A stretch of DNA of 63,670 bases, filler included, from Octopus bimaculoides (Eukaryota), in NCBI RefSeq assembly GCF_001194135.2. It is 6 parts of 5 records of this genome, joined end to end, with 100 filler letters (N's around TTAATTAATTAA, not from the genome) between each part and the next. Parts side by side here need not be neighbours in the genome. Positions count along the whole stretch, not along the records: positions 1 to 19,063 come from NC_068999.1; positions 19,164 to 30,886 come from NC_069006.1; 4 more parts are not named here. One strand, written 5' to 3'. The notes under the pieces are model-generated. The model was not told the DNA's origin and searched no databases. It saw only the letters and a list, made by a program, of their open reading frames with translations. A program made the translations under genes and the position numbers. This document shows, in pieces, positions 13,385-25,554 of the stretch; positions within the stretch are counted from its first letter, which is position 1; each line of letters starts with the position of its first letter.

Positions 13385-15010
13385 CGAAATGGTCGAGGTT
13401 GGATTTCTTTTGATCAACGATGCCATAATCAGGTCTTTGATTGATGAAAATGAACGTTTGGTCAAAGAACAGGAGGAGATGTGTGAGGCACTTTACAAGC
13501 ACTTCGCCGAGTTGTTCGAGAGGAGCGAGACGCTAGACCACGGTGAGGCCCTACGGGACTTCCTGACTGGTGGCCCGCGTCTTTCGGCACGAGAAACTGA
13601 GTGCTGTGAGGGGCCAATTACAGGAGTATGCTAGACTTGTTCGGGCACCTACTGGCCAGCGTCTGCGCCAACTGGCAGCAGAATGGGAGAATTCCCAGAT
13701 CTGCGAGCCGAGAGGGGATGACGTTGATCAGAAATGGCCTGAGCAAGGGAGATATCATAAGTAAGTCTCGGTCCATAACAGAATTAAAGATTTTGGCTAA
13801 GTGTTGACAAAAAGGTTGGCGCGTATCGTGGACAGACTTGTCGAAGAGGCACAAACTTGCACTATCTTGGGTAGGTCAATTCACAATAATCTCAATCTTA
13901 TACGCTACTCCTTAGAGAGGGCTGGTAAAATTTTTGGCAAAGGTGGGGCACTGGTACATTTAGACTTTCCAAGGTTGGATTGCTGCTTTGTACAGCGACA
14001 TCGAGTCTATCATCCGAGTGAACGGGTTTTTTTTTCAAAACCGTTCAATATTGAACGCTCAGTACGCCAGGGATGTCCCCTGTCACCTCTCTTGAGCCAT
14101 TGCTGCGGAAGTTGGAGGCGTTAGTGGGTGTGCCGCATGATCTGTAGCGTGGAAGGGGAGACACTGCGTATGCGGATGACATCTCCATCATCGTGTCCGA
14201 AGACAAGCAAGCTTCCTCATGCGGAAAACGCCATCAAGGGATACGAGGCGGTGGCAGGAACAAAGGACAAGTCGATCGGCTTGCAACTCGGCACCTGGAG
14301 GGGCAAGACGATGTCGTCCAATAACGTCGTGGGGCGTTTGACGGAAGGTCCGGTTAGGTTGCTAGGGGTCTTGTGCGGTCCAGACCTCCAGATAAAGAAT
14401 TGGAGCGAGGTCACAGGCAAGATGGCTGCCCTAACCTAGACCTTCCTGGGCGGGTGTTATCCTTGCTAGGGAGGGCGAAGGTGGTACAGATGTTCATAGC
14501 ATCTGTCATCACCTGTCTGACCGTTGTGCCTTGCCTCGATTTGTGGCTGAACAAGTTGGAAAGAATCCTTTTCCGCTTTTTGTGGAAGGGAGGAACGCCA
14601 CTTGTGAAGCGCTCTGTCTGCTGCCAAAAACCGCTAAAGGGTGGGCTAGGGATGCCTTGGCTGAAGATGCGAAAATTTGCGTTAAGGTTGAGGCACCTCT
14701 GGCTTTACCTGGATGGGGACAGGTGTGGTCACCGCACGTAAGGTTCTACCTTCCACAGTTGACGTCCTTAATGGATATCAATTCATAGATCAAACGAAGA
14801 CTTGGGCTGGAGGATTGACAATTGGAGTACCGTCAAGCACTCCAGCTACTCTCTCGGGCAATACTGGCAACAGGAGTTCCACTGCGTGCGGATTTCTATA
14901 GCGGGTTAGTGGAATTTAGGTCAGACGATGTCATGGGGGAGACCCTGGGTTTCGATGGAAATCAATTGATCAACCTGTTCAGGAGAACTTTCGGGCCGAC
15001 GAGAATGTAA
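13385..15010 (+). mobile_element. Tx1/L1-clade LINE ORF2 (RT and downstream) pseudogene fragment
   Basis: Frameshifted motifs LTKRLARIVDRLVEEAQTC, GRSIHNNLNLIRY, ALVHLD, SVRQGCPLSPLL, AYADD, LSLLGRAKVV, ILFRFLWKG, KGGLGMP. Confidence 0.88.
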
Positions 15011-15091
15011 CATAACTCTTCGTTCCGGCATTCGAAACTACTTGTGGGTAAAATCGGTAGGTCGAAACTGAGCAGAAGCCCATTGTAATAT

Positions 15092-15164
<73 letters not shown>

Positions 15165-16286
15165 TTCAAAATTCAGACCACCTCCAAACCCAAACACCAT
15201 GTACAAAAAATAGCTGACAAAGAGTTGGACTATATCCGAGTAAGTAATACTCATTGAAATTTATCTCTATTTTTCCAAATATAATGATGTATTTTAACTT
15301 GATACCTCCACTACCCGCACAGCGATCGTAAACACACGTGTTACATCAAAATCAGACCATCTTCGAACCCCAAAACACCATGTACAAAAAAATTACAAAC
15401 AGATTAAATAACACCGGTATTATTCCACCCAAGAATAACAACCGAGAAGTACNNNNNNNNNNNNNNNNNNNNNNNNNNNNNNNNNNNNNNNNNNNNNNNN
15501 NNNNNNNNNNNNNNNNNNNNNNNNNNNNNNNNNNNNNNNNNNNNNNNNNNNNNNNNNNNNNNNNNNNNNNNNNNNNNNNNNNNNNNNNNNNNNNNNNNNN
15601 NNNNNNNNNNNNNNNNNNNNNNNNNNNNNNNNNNNNNNNNNNNNNNNNNNNNNNNNNNNNNNNNNNNNNNNNNNNNNNNNNNNNNNNNNNNNNNNNNNNN
15701 NNNNNNNNNNNNNNNNNNNNNNNNNNNNNNNNNNNNNNNNNNNNNNNNNNNNNNNNNNNNNNNNNNNNNNNNNNNNNNNNNNNNNNNNNNNNNNNNNNNN
15801 NNNNNNNNNNNNNNNNNNNNNNNNNNNNNNNNNNNNNNNNNNNNNNNNNNNNNNNNNNNNNNNNNNNNNNNNNNNNNNNNNNNNNNNNNNNNNNNNNNNN
15901 NNNNNNNNNNNNNNNNNNNNNNNNNNNNNNNNNNNNNNNNNNNNNNNNNNNNNNNNNNNNNNNNNNNNNNNNNNNNNNNNNNNNNNNNNNNNNNNNNNNN
16001 NNNNNNNNNNNNNNNNNNNNNNNNNNNNNNNNNNNNNNNNNNNNNNNNNNNNNNNNNNNNNNNNNNNNNNNNNNNNNNNNNNNNNNNNNNNNNNNNNNNN
16101 NNNNNNNNNNNNNNNNNNNNNNNNNNNNNNNNNNNNNNNNNNNNNNNNNNNNNNNNNNNNNNNNNNNNNNNNNNNNNNNNNNNNNNNNNNNNNNNNNNNN
16201 NNNNNNNNNNNNNNNNNNNNNNNTATAACATATATAAATAATCCCCTATTTCTCTAATATCGAGGTCTCATTCTTTTGTTGTTACA

Positions 16287-16355
<69 letters not shown>

Positions 16356-17201
16356 ATATTACAATGGGCTTCTGCTCAGTTTCGACCTACCGATTTTACT
16401 CACAAGTAACTGTCTAAGATTCCACAACGTGGGACTGAATCCGAGACCATGTTGTTGCGGATAGAACATCTTTTCCTAGAAATCCATGTCTTTATGCCTA
16501 TGTAATCCATCTTCGTCATCCCTGCGCTAACCATCCATCCATACTGAGATACAAAAGTGAGTAGGAGCCACCGTTTCCAATGTCCCTCATTGTCACCTTT
16601 GTATCGGCCCCAAGTGTATGGTTGAAGGTATGTAAAGCTATTTCAGACAATGTTTTGACAGATTCTTCAGCCTTGAAAGTACAGAAGACTACCAAAAACT
16701 TTTATCGTTCTCAATCTGGAGAATATCTACTAATATTTCCTGTAGAGTTCATTGATCTAGTAAAGAAACATAAAAAGAATAGTTGTTTAACATCGGTTCT
16801 GCCCAAATTTGAGGAAAATATAATCAAAAGTAAACCGTGATCATCCATGTTTTTCTTTCTTTTTCCTTATTTTTTTATGCTTTTCAAGCAGTCAGTTACA
16901 TTGTCCTCATATATCCTTTCTTCCTCCTTCTAGATTTTAGACTGGAAATGTGTGACTCAGTCACATGGCTTACTATTTCTAGCAAGTCCAGTGACCACAA
17001 AAAAATGACTCTGTTGTTGTTTAACCCTCGGTCACTCCAAATTGACCATTCAAAGAGCTTTCATCCCATAACTATGCTAGTTTTATATTGTCTGATATGT
17101 TCTTTATTTTTAAGATGATACAGTGTTTCGAGGAAGATTAGGTTGCTATTTCTAACAGGTCTAGTGACTATGTAGAGGCTCTCCCGCTCCCTTTCTCTTT
17201 T

Positions 17202-17266
<65 letters not shown>

Positions 17267-17617
17267 ACCTATCTATTTATCTCTTATCTGTTGGAGACAT
17301 TAACGTGCAATTTAGGAATTCACCTCGGCGCTCCCTAGAGAGTTACTTCGTCCAAGAAAAGCTTGTAAAGCTTCCAATTTGCAGCTGGTAATAACGCGCA
17401 GAAGATCTCTGCTATTTCTTTGAATAAGCGTTCTCTTATGTCTTTGAAAGAATTACTCGAAGCTAACTTCACGCAGTATTGGTGTTGAAAGTGTCGAATT
17501 ATTGAAAATATGACGGAAATGAACTAAAGTTACATTGTGTAGGTGTATGTGCGTGTGTGTATACATTCATATGTTTGCATCTATTTATTTATATTTTTCA
17601 ATGATTTTTTCTCTTTA

Positions 17618-17648
<31 letters not shown>

Positions 17649-17675
17649 TTCTCTCTCCCTCTCTATCTCTCTCTA

Positions 17676-17730
<55 letters not shown>

Positions 17731-17880
17731 NNNNNNNNNNNNNNNNNNNNNNNNNNNNNNNNNNNNNNNNNNNNNNNNNNNNNNNNNNNNNNNNNNNNNN
17801 NNNNNTCTCTTTCTCTTTCTCTTTCTCTCTCCCTCTCTATCTCTCTCTATCTATCTATCTCTCTCTGATACATACATGTA

Positions 17881-18789
17881 TAAGCGGTGGTACCTAAAAG
17901 TAACCGGAAACATTCTCTGTGGGACAAGCTCGCCTTAGTTCAAGCTTCCGCCGCTAGAAGCCACTTGATGCGACTCTCAAGCATCAGTCTGTCGACCGGC
18001 GTCGTCGACTACAGTCGTACTGCCTCGTGGTGCGTCTTTGTCTTGTAGTTCTTCTCCCCTGTTCGTCGAGTTTTGCGATGACTGAAACGAAGGGACATCG
18101 TGCTTCCGTGAAATTCTGTTTTCTGCTGAGGAAAATGGCAACCGAAGCAGTCGTCAAGCTTCAAACAGCTTACAAGGACGCTGCCACGAGCAACACACAA
18201 GTCTACGAGTGGTTTCCACGCTTTAGGAATAGTCACTTATCGCTAGAACACCAACCTCGTTCAGAGCGGCCGTCGACCTCCCGAACGAATGAAAACATTA
18301 TGAAAATTCATGAACTGATCTTGGAGAGCCATCACCGAACAATTGATAAATTTGTTGATATGACTGGTGTGTCCTGTAGCTCCTGCCAAAGAATTTTGAG
18401 CGAGGAATTGCGAATGAAAAACACTTGCAACAAAATTTGTATCTCGCTTGTTCACGGAAGATCAAAAGCAGTCACGGCTGAATGCGTGTCGTGAACTGAA
18501 AGAACAGTTGGGAGATGATCCGGACCTTTTGCCGAAGGTCATCTTTGGTGACGAAAGCTGGTGCTACGGAATTTGCAACTGTGGAAGAGATGAAGAAAAA
18601 AACGACGGATGCGTTAAGAGGCATCAGTTCCCAAGAGTTCTAGGACTGCTTCAAATAGTGGAAAACACACCTGGGCCAATGCATTGCTTCAAATGGAGAA
18701 TACTTTGAAGGCGATAAAAGTGAAAATATGTAAAGCTAAGTGAATAAAGTAATATAGTAAAATTCCGGTTTCTTTTGGGTACCTTCTTG
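17881..18789 (+). mobile_element. Internally deleted mariner transposon
   Basis: Degenerate TIRs GGTACCTAAAAGTAACCGGAA / TTCCGGTTTCTTTTGGGTACC with TA flanks. HTH region VKFCFLL...VYEWFPRF...PRSERPSTSRT and first catalytic motif GDESWCYG, then a deletion to the C-terminal NGEYFEG. Confidence 0.92.
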
Positions 18790-18794
18790 TATGT

Positions 18795-18854
<60 letters not shown>

Positions 18855-19176
18855 TATTTTATTAAAAGAGTTCCAGCTCTGTCTGTTTTTTATGTTTTAT
18901 TTATATTCTTGTAAAATTAATGTGGGATATAGAATATGGAGTATATAATATATAATATAAAAATGGATGGTACAATGAAATGAAGTATTGAATGTCTTAT
19001 TGAATATATGAAATATTGAGTGTTCAATATAAAGGATTAAATATATAAAGGCGAATACGTATTNNNNNNNNNNNNNNNNNNNNNNNNNNNNNNNNNNNNN
19101 NNNNNNNTTAATTAATTAANNNNNNNNNNNNNNNNNNNNNNNNNNNNNNNNNNNNNNNNNNNNTATATATATATGC

Positions 19177-19209
<33 letters not shown>

Positions 19210-19214
19210 TATAC

Positions 19215-19411
19215 ATTTACTTGTTTCAGTCATGTGACTGCGGCCGTGCTGGAGCACCGCTTTTAGTCGAGCAAATCGACCCCAGGACTTATTTTTTGTA
19301 AGCCTAGTACTTATTCTATCGGTCTCTTTTGCCGAACCGCTAAGTTACGGAGACGTAAACACACCAGCATCGGTTGTCAAGCGATGGCGGAGGGACAAAC
19401 ACAAACACACA
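19215..19411 (-). mobile_element. SINE family C (CORE-like) 3' part
   Basis: Reverse complement of ...gatgctggtgtgtttacgtc...ggcggtgctccagcacggccgcagtc...gactgaaacaagta. Confidence 0.88.
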
Positions 19412-20026
19412 AGGGTCCATCGTAAAGGTTCTTAGATTTTCTTCAAATTTACACAATTCGTTATTATCCTGAAAATGTCAGCTGCATAGCTGTTACCAGT
19501 CTGATTTTATAGCCATTTAAAGTTCTAAGCAGTTATCTTATTTTTTTAAATATTGAATTTTCTTCATTTTGTGGGGCCCATCATTTCAAATAGGTTTGAT
19601 ATCATACCTTGGAAGTCCCTAAAACACTAAAATTCAATTCTTTTAACTCGGCCAATGTAGAAAAATGTCAACTGAAAGCTGCAAAAAATCCACTTCTTGA
19701 AGGTTAGTTTTTAAAAAATTGAAAGTTTAGGCATCTATTACGTAATAACAGCAGTTGGTGAGCATCCTATCTTCTCTGGTCTTACTGTAAGGTTTCAAGT
19801 CTTAACAGAACACATAAACTCATTTTCTGAGAGGCCCGTTTTCCTGTGCAAAAATGAAGATCAAAAACGGGACAGAGTGAAAAAGTCTGAAATTTCAGAA
19901 TTTTTTTTCAATTTTTAAACCAGAATAAATTCTTACCACTGAAGTGAAACTACATGTATTCTGAGAATACAGCTGGCAGTCAGTATAGAAATAGAGAAAT
20001 GCTGCATTTAATCTTTACTAACTTTG

Positions 20027-20630
20027 AGGCGCAGGAGTGGCTGTGTGGTAAGTAGCTTGCCTACCAACCACATGGTTCCGGGTTCAGTCCCATTGCGTGG
20101 CACCTTGGGCAAGTGTCTTCTACTATAGCCTCGGGCCGACCAAAGCCTTGTGAGTGGATTTGGTAGATGGAAACTGAAAGAAGCCCGTCGTATATATATA
20201 TGTATATATATGAGAATAATATTAGGGACAAAATCCAAAATTACAGGTAAAAAACGCAATTAAAATCAATTTATAAAAAATTAAAATTAAATTGAGCTTT
20301 ATAGATAAAGTATATATAAAATATATAGTTTTAGGGAAAATAACCAATTTTCAAGAACTCATCGATGAAAATCCACTATCACATATAGAAAAATTAACAA
20401 TTAAAAGCACAATAAATGAGTATAATATAATACAAAGTAAATATCATAAGATAAATATGATAAAAGAAACTTTCTTTTATCATATTTATCTTATGATATT
20501 TACTTTACTTTATATTATACTCATTTATTGTGCTTTTAATTATTAATTTTTCTATATGTGATAGTGGATTTTCATCGATGAGTTCTTGAAAATTGGTTAT
20601 TTTCCCTAAAACTATATATGTATATATATG

Positions 20631-20661
<31 letters not shown>

Positions 20662-20882
20662 ATATGTTTGTGTGTCTGTGTTTGTCCCCCCCCCCCAACA
20701 TCGCTTGACAGCCGATGCTGGTGTGTTTACGTCCCCATAACTTAGCAGTTCGGTAAAAACGACCGATAGAATAAGTTTGAGGCTTACAAAGAATAAGTCC
20801 TGGGATTGATTTGCTCGACTAAAGGCGGTGCTCCAACATGGCCACAGTCAAATGACTGAAACAAGTAGAAGAGTTAAAAGAG
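20027..20882 (+). mobile_element. SINE family C (CORE-like) interrupted in its internal (TA)n by a ~420 bp insert
   Basis: tRNA-like head, CORE-like gcaccttgggcaagtgtc at ~20099, and 3' part at 20640-20882. Compare the copy at 43746-44130, which has no such insert. Confidence 0.88.
20321..20619. repeat. 299-bp AT-rich near-perfect palindrome with 1-nt loop
   Basis: 149-nt arms centred on C20470; about 4 mismatches by eye. Confidence 0.95.
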
Positions 20883-21526
20883 TAACTATCAATTTTCATG
20901 ACTTGAAAATGGCTCAAAATGGGAACTCCCAATTTTGTGGGAAGTTGAGAGCCACGGAAATGAAGGTGCAACATTTCAGGAAACTTTCAAATCTGAAAAT
21001 CCTTGGCCATTGACCTCTTGACCAAACAACAACAACAACAACAGTGTAATTGACAAACAGAGCTTCATACTTTTATATTACCTTTATAGATTCAGGGGGT
21101 CGAAAATAAAAGGAATTCTACAAGTCCCATATTGGTAGTTGATGAGAACGATCATAAAGTTTTCTCAGATTATATTTTCTTTCCAGGTAAGCACATAAAG
21201 GTAAAACAAAATAGTATTTGAATGCCAAAGAAATATACTATTTCATTGAAGCACCAAAAAATCTTCACAAACTGTTACTCAATGTTTTACATTACTGTTC
21301 ATCAGACAGTTTGTGATTGTGCTAAAAAAACAGTGTATTTATGTATGTATGTATGTGAATGCATGTATGTGTGTAAAGGTATGTATATATGCGTGTATGT
21401 ATGTGTATCTGAAGTGTGTGTGTGTGTATTCACATGTATGTGTGTGAATGCATGTATATGTGTAAATGTATGTATGTGTGTGTATGTGAATGTATGTATG
21501 TGTGTATGTATGTGTGTGTATGTATG

Positions 21527-22827
21527 TCATTATTCAGTTTATTTCAAGATTTCTTGCCAATAGAGAAAGAGCTGGTTTCTAACCTAAATCCAAGGTTCCT
21601 TCATTGAAATTTCAACATCAACAACAGGGTATTTTTCTTTGTATGTATGTATGTATGTATGTATGTGCAGATTTGTATGTTTTATGTATGTATTCTCATG
21701 CATATAGTTACATATCTAGACATGCTCATATATATTTAAATGATAAACTTCTGGAAAGTTTTACAGATTTTTACAGTTCCAATGATGGATTGGATCTGTA
21801 GTCTTAGAATTAGCTTTCTCCTTTCTGGTCTTGAGAAGCCAAATTTCTCAAGATAGCTATTTAGGCAGTGTGTTAAATATCCCAGGGCCCCAATAATTAC
21901 AGGTATAAACCTGAACTTGTAATCTGGATAGAGTAACTGTAGATTTCTCAATAGTTCTGATCTTCAGCTTTATGTTAACATCTGATGGGTAGCTAATTTC
22001 TACATCTGTGCACAGTTTCTCTTCTCTATCCCAAATCATTATATCAGGTCTGTTGTGCTTACATCTTATTGAGGTCTTCACTGGGACATTCCACCAGTAT
22101 TCCTTTTTATTATGAGTGGCTATGGCTTCTACCATATTGTGGGTTTTTATTTCTTTGTCCTTTGGATTATTCTTCCGATGGATTTCATTATAGAATGTCT
22201 TAGCTACAGCATGATGTCTCAGCAGTAGATAATACTGTGATGACATTTTTGGACAACTGCTTATGATGTGGGTGATATCTTCAGTGTGAACTCCACAAAG
22301 TCTGCATCGGTTGTCACATTTTACAGCTTTTCCCGCATCTCTGTCCCTTTTGTGCATCAGGTACTTAGTTGATATTTCCTGTTTCTGGATTGCGAACGCA
22401 TGCCCTTCAAATTGGGAGGTAGTAATCCGGCTACTTGTCCATGATAAACTGCTTTGAAGATCGATGTTACTATCTTCTACTCATATAGGCTCATCCTTTC
22501 ACCTGATGATGTGTTGTGACAGTCATGTGACTTCTTTGGACATGTATTCTAGGTTACCAGACAAAGAATGTTGCTCAAGCAGCTGCCTTATGATGTGATC
22601 AGCTTAATCTATGCAAGTTTGGTCAAGGGATGCACTCTGATGCTTGGTGGTTAAAAGATGTTGCCGAAGGAATATAATACGACATTCAAAGGCATTTTGG
22701 ATTGATGTTAAGCTTCTGCCACCTTGTTTACGTTTTAGGTAGAGGCAGTCTATGTCACTGTTGATGTGGAAATTATGTGTGCTTGTTAGTTTTTTATATC
22801 AATGGCTCTGGTCTCATCAAGCTGTTT
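21527..22827 (-). mobile_element. R4/Dong-like RLE LINE 3' region (CCHC knuckle + RLE)
   Basis: CRLCGVHTEDITHIISSC (CCHC), RHHAV, WWNVP, HNRPDIMIWD, VEIS.P. Flanked by (ATGT)n on both sides. Confidence 0.92.
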
Positions 22828-22879
22828 GTATGTATGTATGTATGTATGTATGTATGTATGTATGTATGTATGTATGTGT

Positions 22880-23249
22880 GGAGGCACAATGGCCCAGTGG
22901 TTAGGGCAGCGGACTCACAGTCATAGGATCGCGGTTTCAATTCCCAGACCAGGCGTTGTGAGTGTTTATTGAGCGAAAATACCCAAAAGCTCCACGAGGC
23001 TCCGGCAGGGGATGGTGGCGAACCTTGCTGTACTTTTTCACCACAACTTTCTCTCACTCTTTCTTCCTGTTTCTGTTGTGCCTGTAATTCAAAGGGTCAG
23101 CCTTGTCACGCTGAATATCCCCGAGAACTATGTTAAGGGTACATGTGTCTGTGGAGTGCTCAGCCACTTGCACGTTAATTTCATGAGCAGGCTGTTCCGT
23201 TGATCGATCAACTGGAACCCTCGATGTCGTAAGCGATGGAGTGCCAACA
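22880..23249 (+). mobile_element. SINE family A
   Basis: Near full copy inserted in (ATGT)n. Confidence 0.93.
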
Positions 23250-23255
23250 TGTATG

Positions 23256-23289
<34 letters not shown>

Positions 23290-23311
23290 TGTATGTATGT
23301 ATGTATGTATG

Positions 23312-23640
23312 TGTATGATTTGTGGGAGGAAATACTTGAGTCATGCAGGCCTGGTCAGCCATAAGAGAACTCACAAGAATCAACCCCTTGTAAATTGTGA
23401 TACGGTTATTGTTCACAACAGAACATGTGCAACCTGTGTGGAAAGGTGTGCTTTTCAGTTGGACAACTGAAAAGGTATGTCAAAAGAGTTGGTACCTGTT
23501 CCCTCTGCCAGGCAGCACAGCCGTGCATCACGCAAAAGAATGTGCAAAGTTTGGCTGGGTTCAAGAGTCATTCATGGGTCTCACATTGTATCATCAATGA
23601 CTTGTTTCAGTGATGCTTTCTAGAAATGGCTTTGCTCGTA
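23312..23640 (+). mobile_element. Probable RTE LINE 3' end with tandem C2H2 zinc-finger remnants
   Basis: CMICGRKYLSHAGLVSHKRTH is a complete C2H2 motif. Two more decayed fingers follow (CATC-GKVCFSVGQLKRY; CKSLAGFKSH). Confidence 0.55.
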
Positions 23641-23689
23641 TACGAGAAAGCAACTACCATACTATATACTATGTATGTATGTATGTCTC

Positions 23690-24262
23690 AGGCACATTCT
23701 CAATGTTGGCTGGACCTCAAAAATTCCAGACACACAGATCCTGAGGACAGCTGATATCTTGAGTATTGAGGCGATAGTTCACAAACACTGGTTACGTTGG
23801 ACTGGACACCTTATTAGAATGAAGGATAGCAGGATTCCTAAGCAGATACTCTATGGAGAACTTGTGAATGGAAGAAGACTCCGGCAGAAACCAAGGCTGC
23901 GCTTTAAGGACTGTGTCAAGTCCTCATTACAGGCCTGTGATATGCAGGACACTGACTGGGAGAACAATGCCTGTCATCGCTACAGATGGAGGAAGCAGGT
24001 TAAGGAAGGGATCAACACTTCTGAGAGAGCACGTATCCAGCATGAAGAACTTAAGCGAGCTGCGCAAAAGCGCACGGTTCGTATAGTGAATGGGGAAAGC
24101 TTGGTCTGCAATGTTTGCAGTCGTGTATGCTTGTCAAGAGCAGGGCTCATTAGCCACCAACGGAGCCACAAATTCAAAATATGAGTTAGTCCTAGAGCGC
24201 ACAATGTTCCTGAAGGTCAGCAATGGTCTTCCTCGGTCATGAGTGGACGGCCATCATCATCA
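23690..24262 (+). mobile_element. RTE LINE 3' end
   Basis: WLRWTGHLIRMKDSRIPKQILYGELVNGRR...KPRLRFKD, terminal CNVCSRVCLSRAGLISHQRSH, and a (CAT)n tail. Confidence 0.92.
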
Positions 24263-24299
24263 TGTATGTATGTATTGGGTGGGTGTGTGTGTGTGCATG

Positions 24300-24780
24300 A
24301 ATATCTCTTCTATTTTTTAATTATTATAAATCTTCCAATGAGAAGGGAGCCGGTTTCCAACAAAGATACAAGACTCCATCTTTGGGATGTAGTTAACACA
24401 GACAAATTCACATTTGGAACTTGAGTAAAGTCTTGCATATTTTTACTGTTCCCCTCACAGATTGCACTTGTAATGTACGAATCAGCCAGTCAGTTTCTCT
24501 TTCTAAAAATCCCAGTTTATCCAGATTCTCCTTTAAGCATTTACTAACAAAACCTAATGCTCCAGTTATTATTGGTATGAATATAAATTCATAATCTGGA
24601 TATAGAAGCTGGAGATTTCAAAGCAGTCATCCATAGACATCCTCTTTTTCTTTGATTTTCAGAGATAGAGGGCAGCTGACCTCTATGACAGTACATACCT
24701 TTGCCCCTCTGTCTCAAATAACGATGTCTGGCCTGTTATGATTACATTTGGCAGAAGTTTTGATGGGAATATTTCACCAG
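24300..24780 (-). mobile_element. Divergent R4/Dong-like RLE LINE 3' end (second subfamily)
   Basis: Minus translation NLQLLYPDYEFIFIPIITGALGFVSKCLKENLDKLGF...LQVQSVRGTVKICK is homologous to 21527-21960. Confidence 0.82.
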
Positions 24781-24814
24781 TTATGAATGTATGTATGTAG
24801 GTATGTATGTATGT

Positions 24815-25012
24815 GTCAGTGTTTGTTCTCCACCACTGCTTGACAACAATGTTAGTTTGTTTACATTACCATAACTTAGCAGTTCAACAAAAGAAACTAA
24901 TAGAATAAGTATCAGCCTTAGAAAATAAATACTGGGGTTGATTTGTTCTCCTAAACCCTCCAAAGCAGTCTCCTTGCATGGCATCAGTCCAATGACTGAA
25001 ACAAGTGAAAGA
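24815..25012 (+). mobile_element. SINE family C 3' part, degenerate
   Basis: tgcttgacaac...ccataacttagcagttc...tagaataagta...aatgactgaaacaagt. Confidence 0.8.
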
Positions 25013-25056
25013 TAAACAATATCCATCCATCTAGCTATAGAAAGATATGCACTCTG

Positions 25057-25290
25057 ATTTGGCAGAGTTTCTACAGCTGGATGCCCTTCCTAACGCCAAC
25101 CACTCCGAGAGTGTAGTGGGTGCTATTACGTGCTACTGGCACAAAGGCCAGTCAGGCGGTACTGGCAATGGCCACGCTCGAAATGGTGTATTTTACATGC
25201 CACCTGCACAGGAGCCAGTCCAGCAGTACTGGCAACAACCTTGCTCGAATGTCTTTACACGTGCCACCGGCACAAGTGCCAGGAAGGCGA
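25057..25290 (-). mobile_element. SINE/retroposon fragment with RTE-5'UTR-like domain
   Basis: Reverse complement of ggttggcgttaggaagggcatccagctgtagaaactctgcc, a motif I associate with RTE-related SINEs. Confidence 0.6.
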
Positions 25291-25554
25291 GATGTAAATT
25301 GTGTATCATTTGATTCTCTATCTCAAGGATTTGTAATAGGAGATATCTTACATGTTTCTCCTACATGCACTCCTATTAGCAAATGAAACATGTGTAATAG
25401 TGAATAAATAATACTAAAAATTTTTCCAGTCTCCCGTTTTGATATATGTGTGTGTGCACACGTGTGCATGTGCACCTGTGGATGTTGGTGTGCATATAAC
25501 TTTTATCTTTTATGGGGCCATGCTGAGACAATGCTTTGAAAAGTTTCTAGTCAA

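Noticed and set aside
19108-19119. TTAATTAATTAA between N runs (also 30931, 43009, 58232, 61638)
   Set aside because: Artificial six-frame-stop scaffolding spacer inside 100-bp gaps. Not biology, and adjacency across these joins is less certain.
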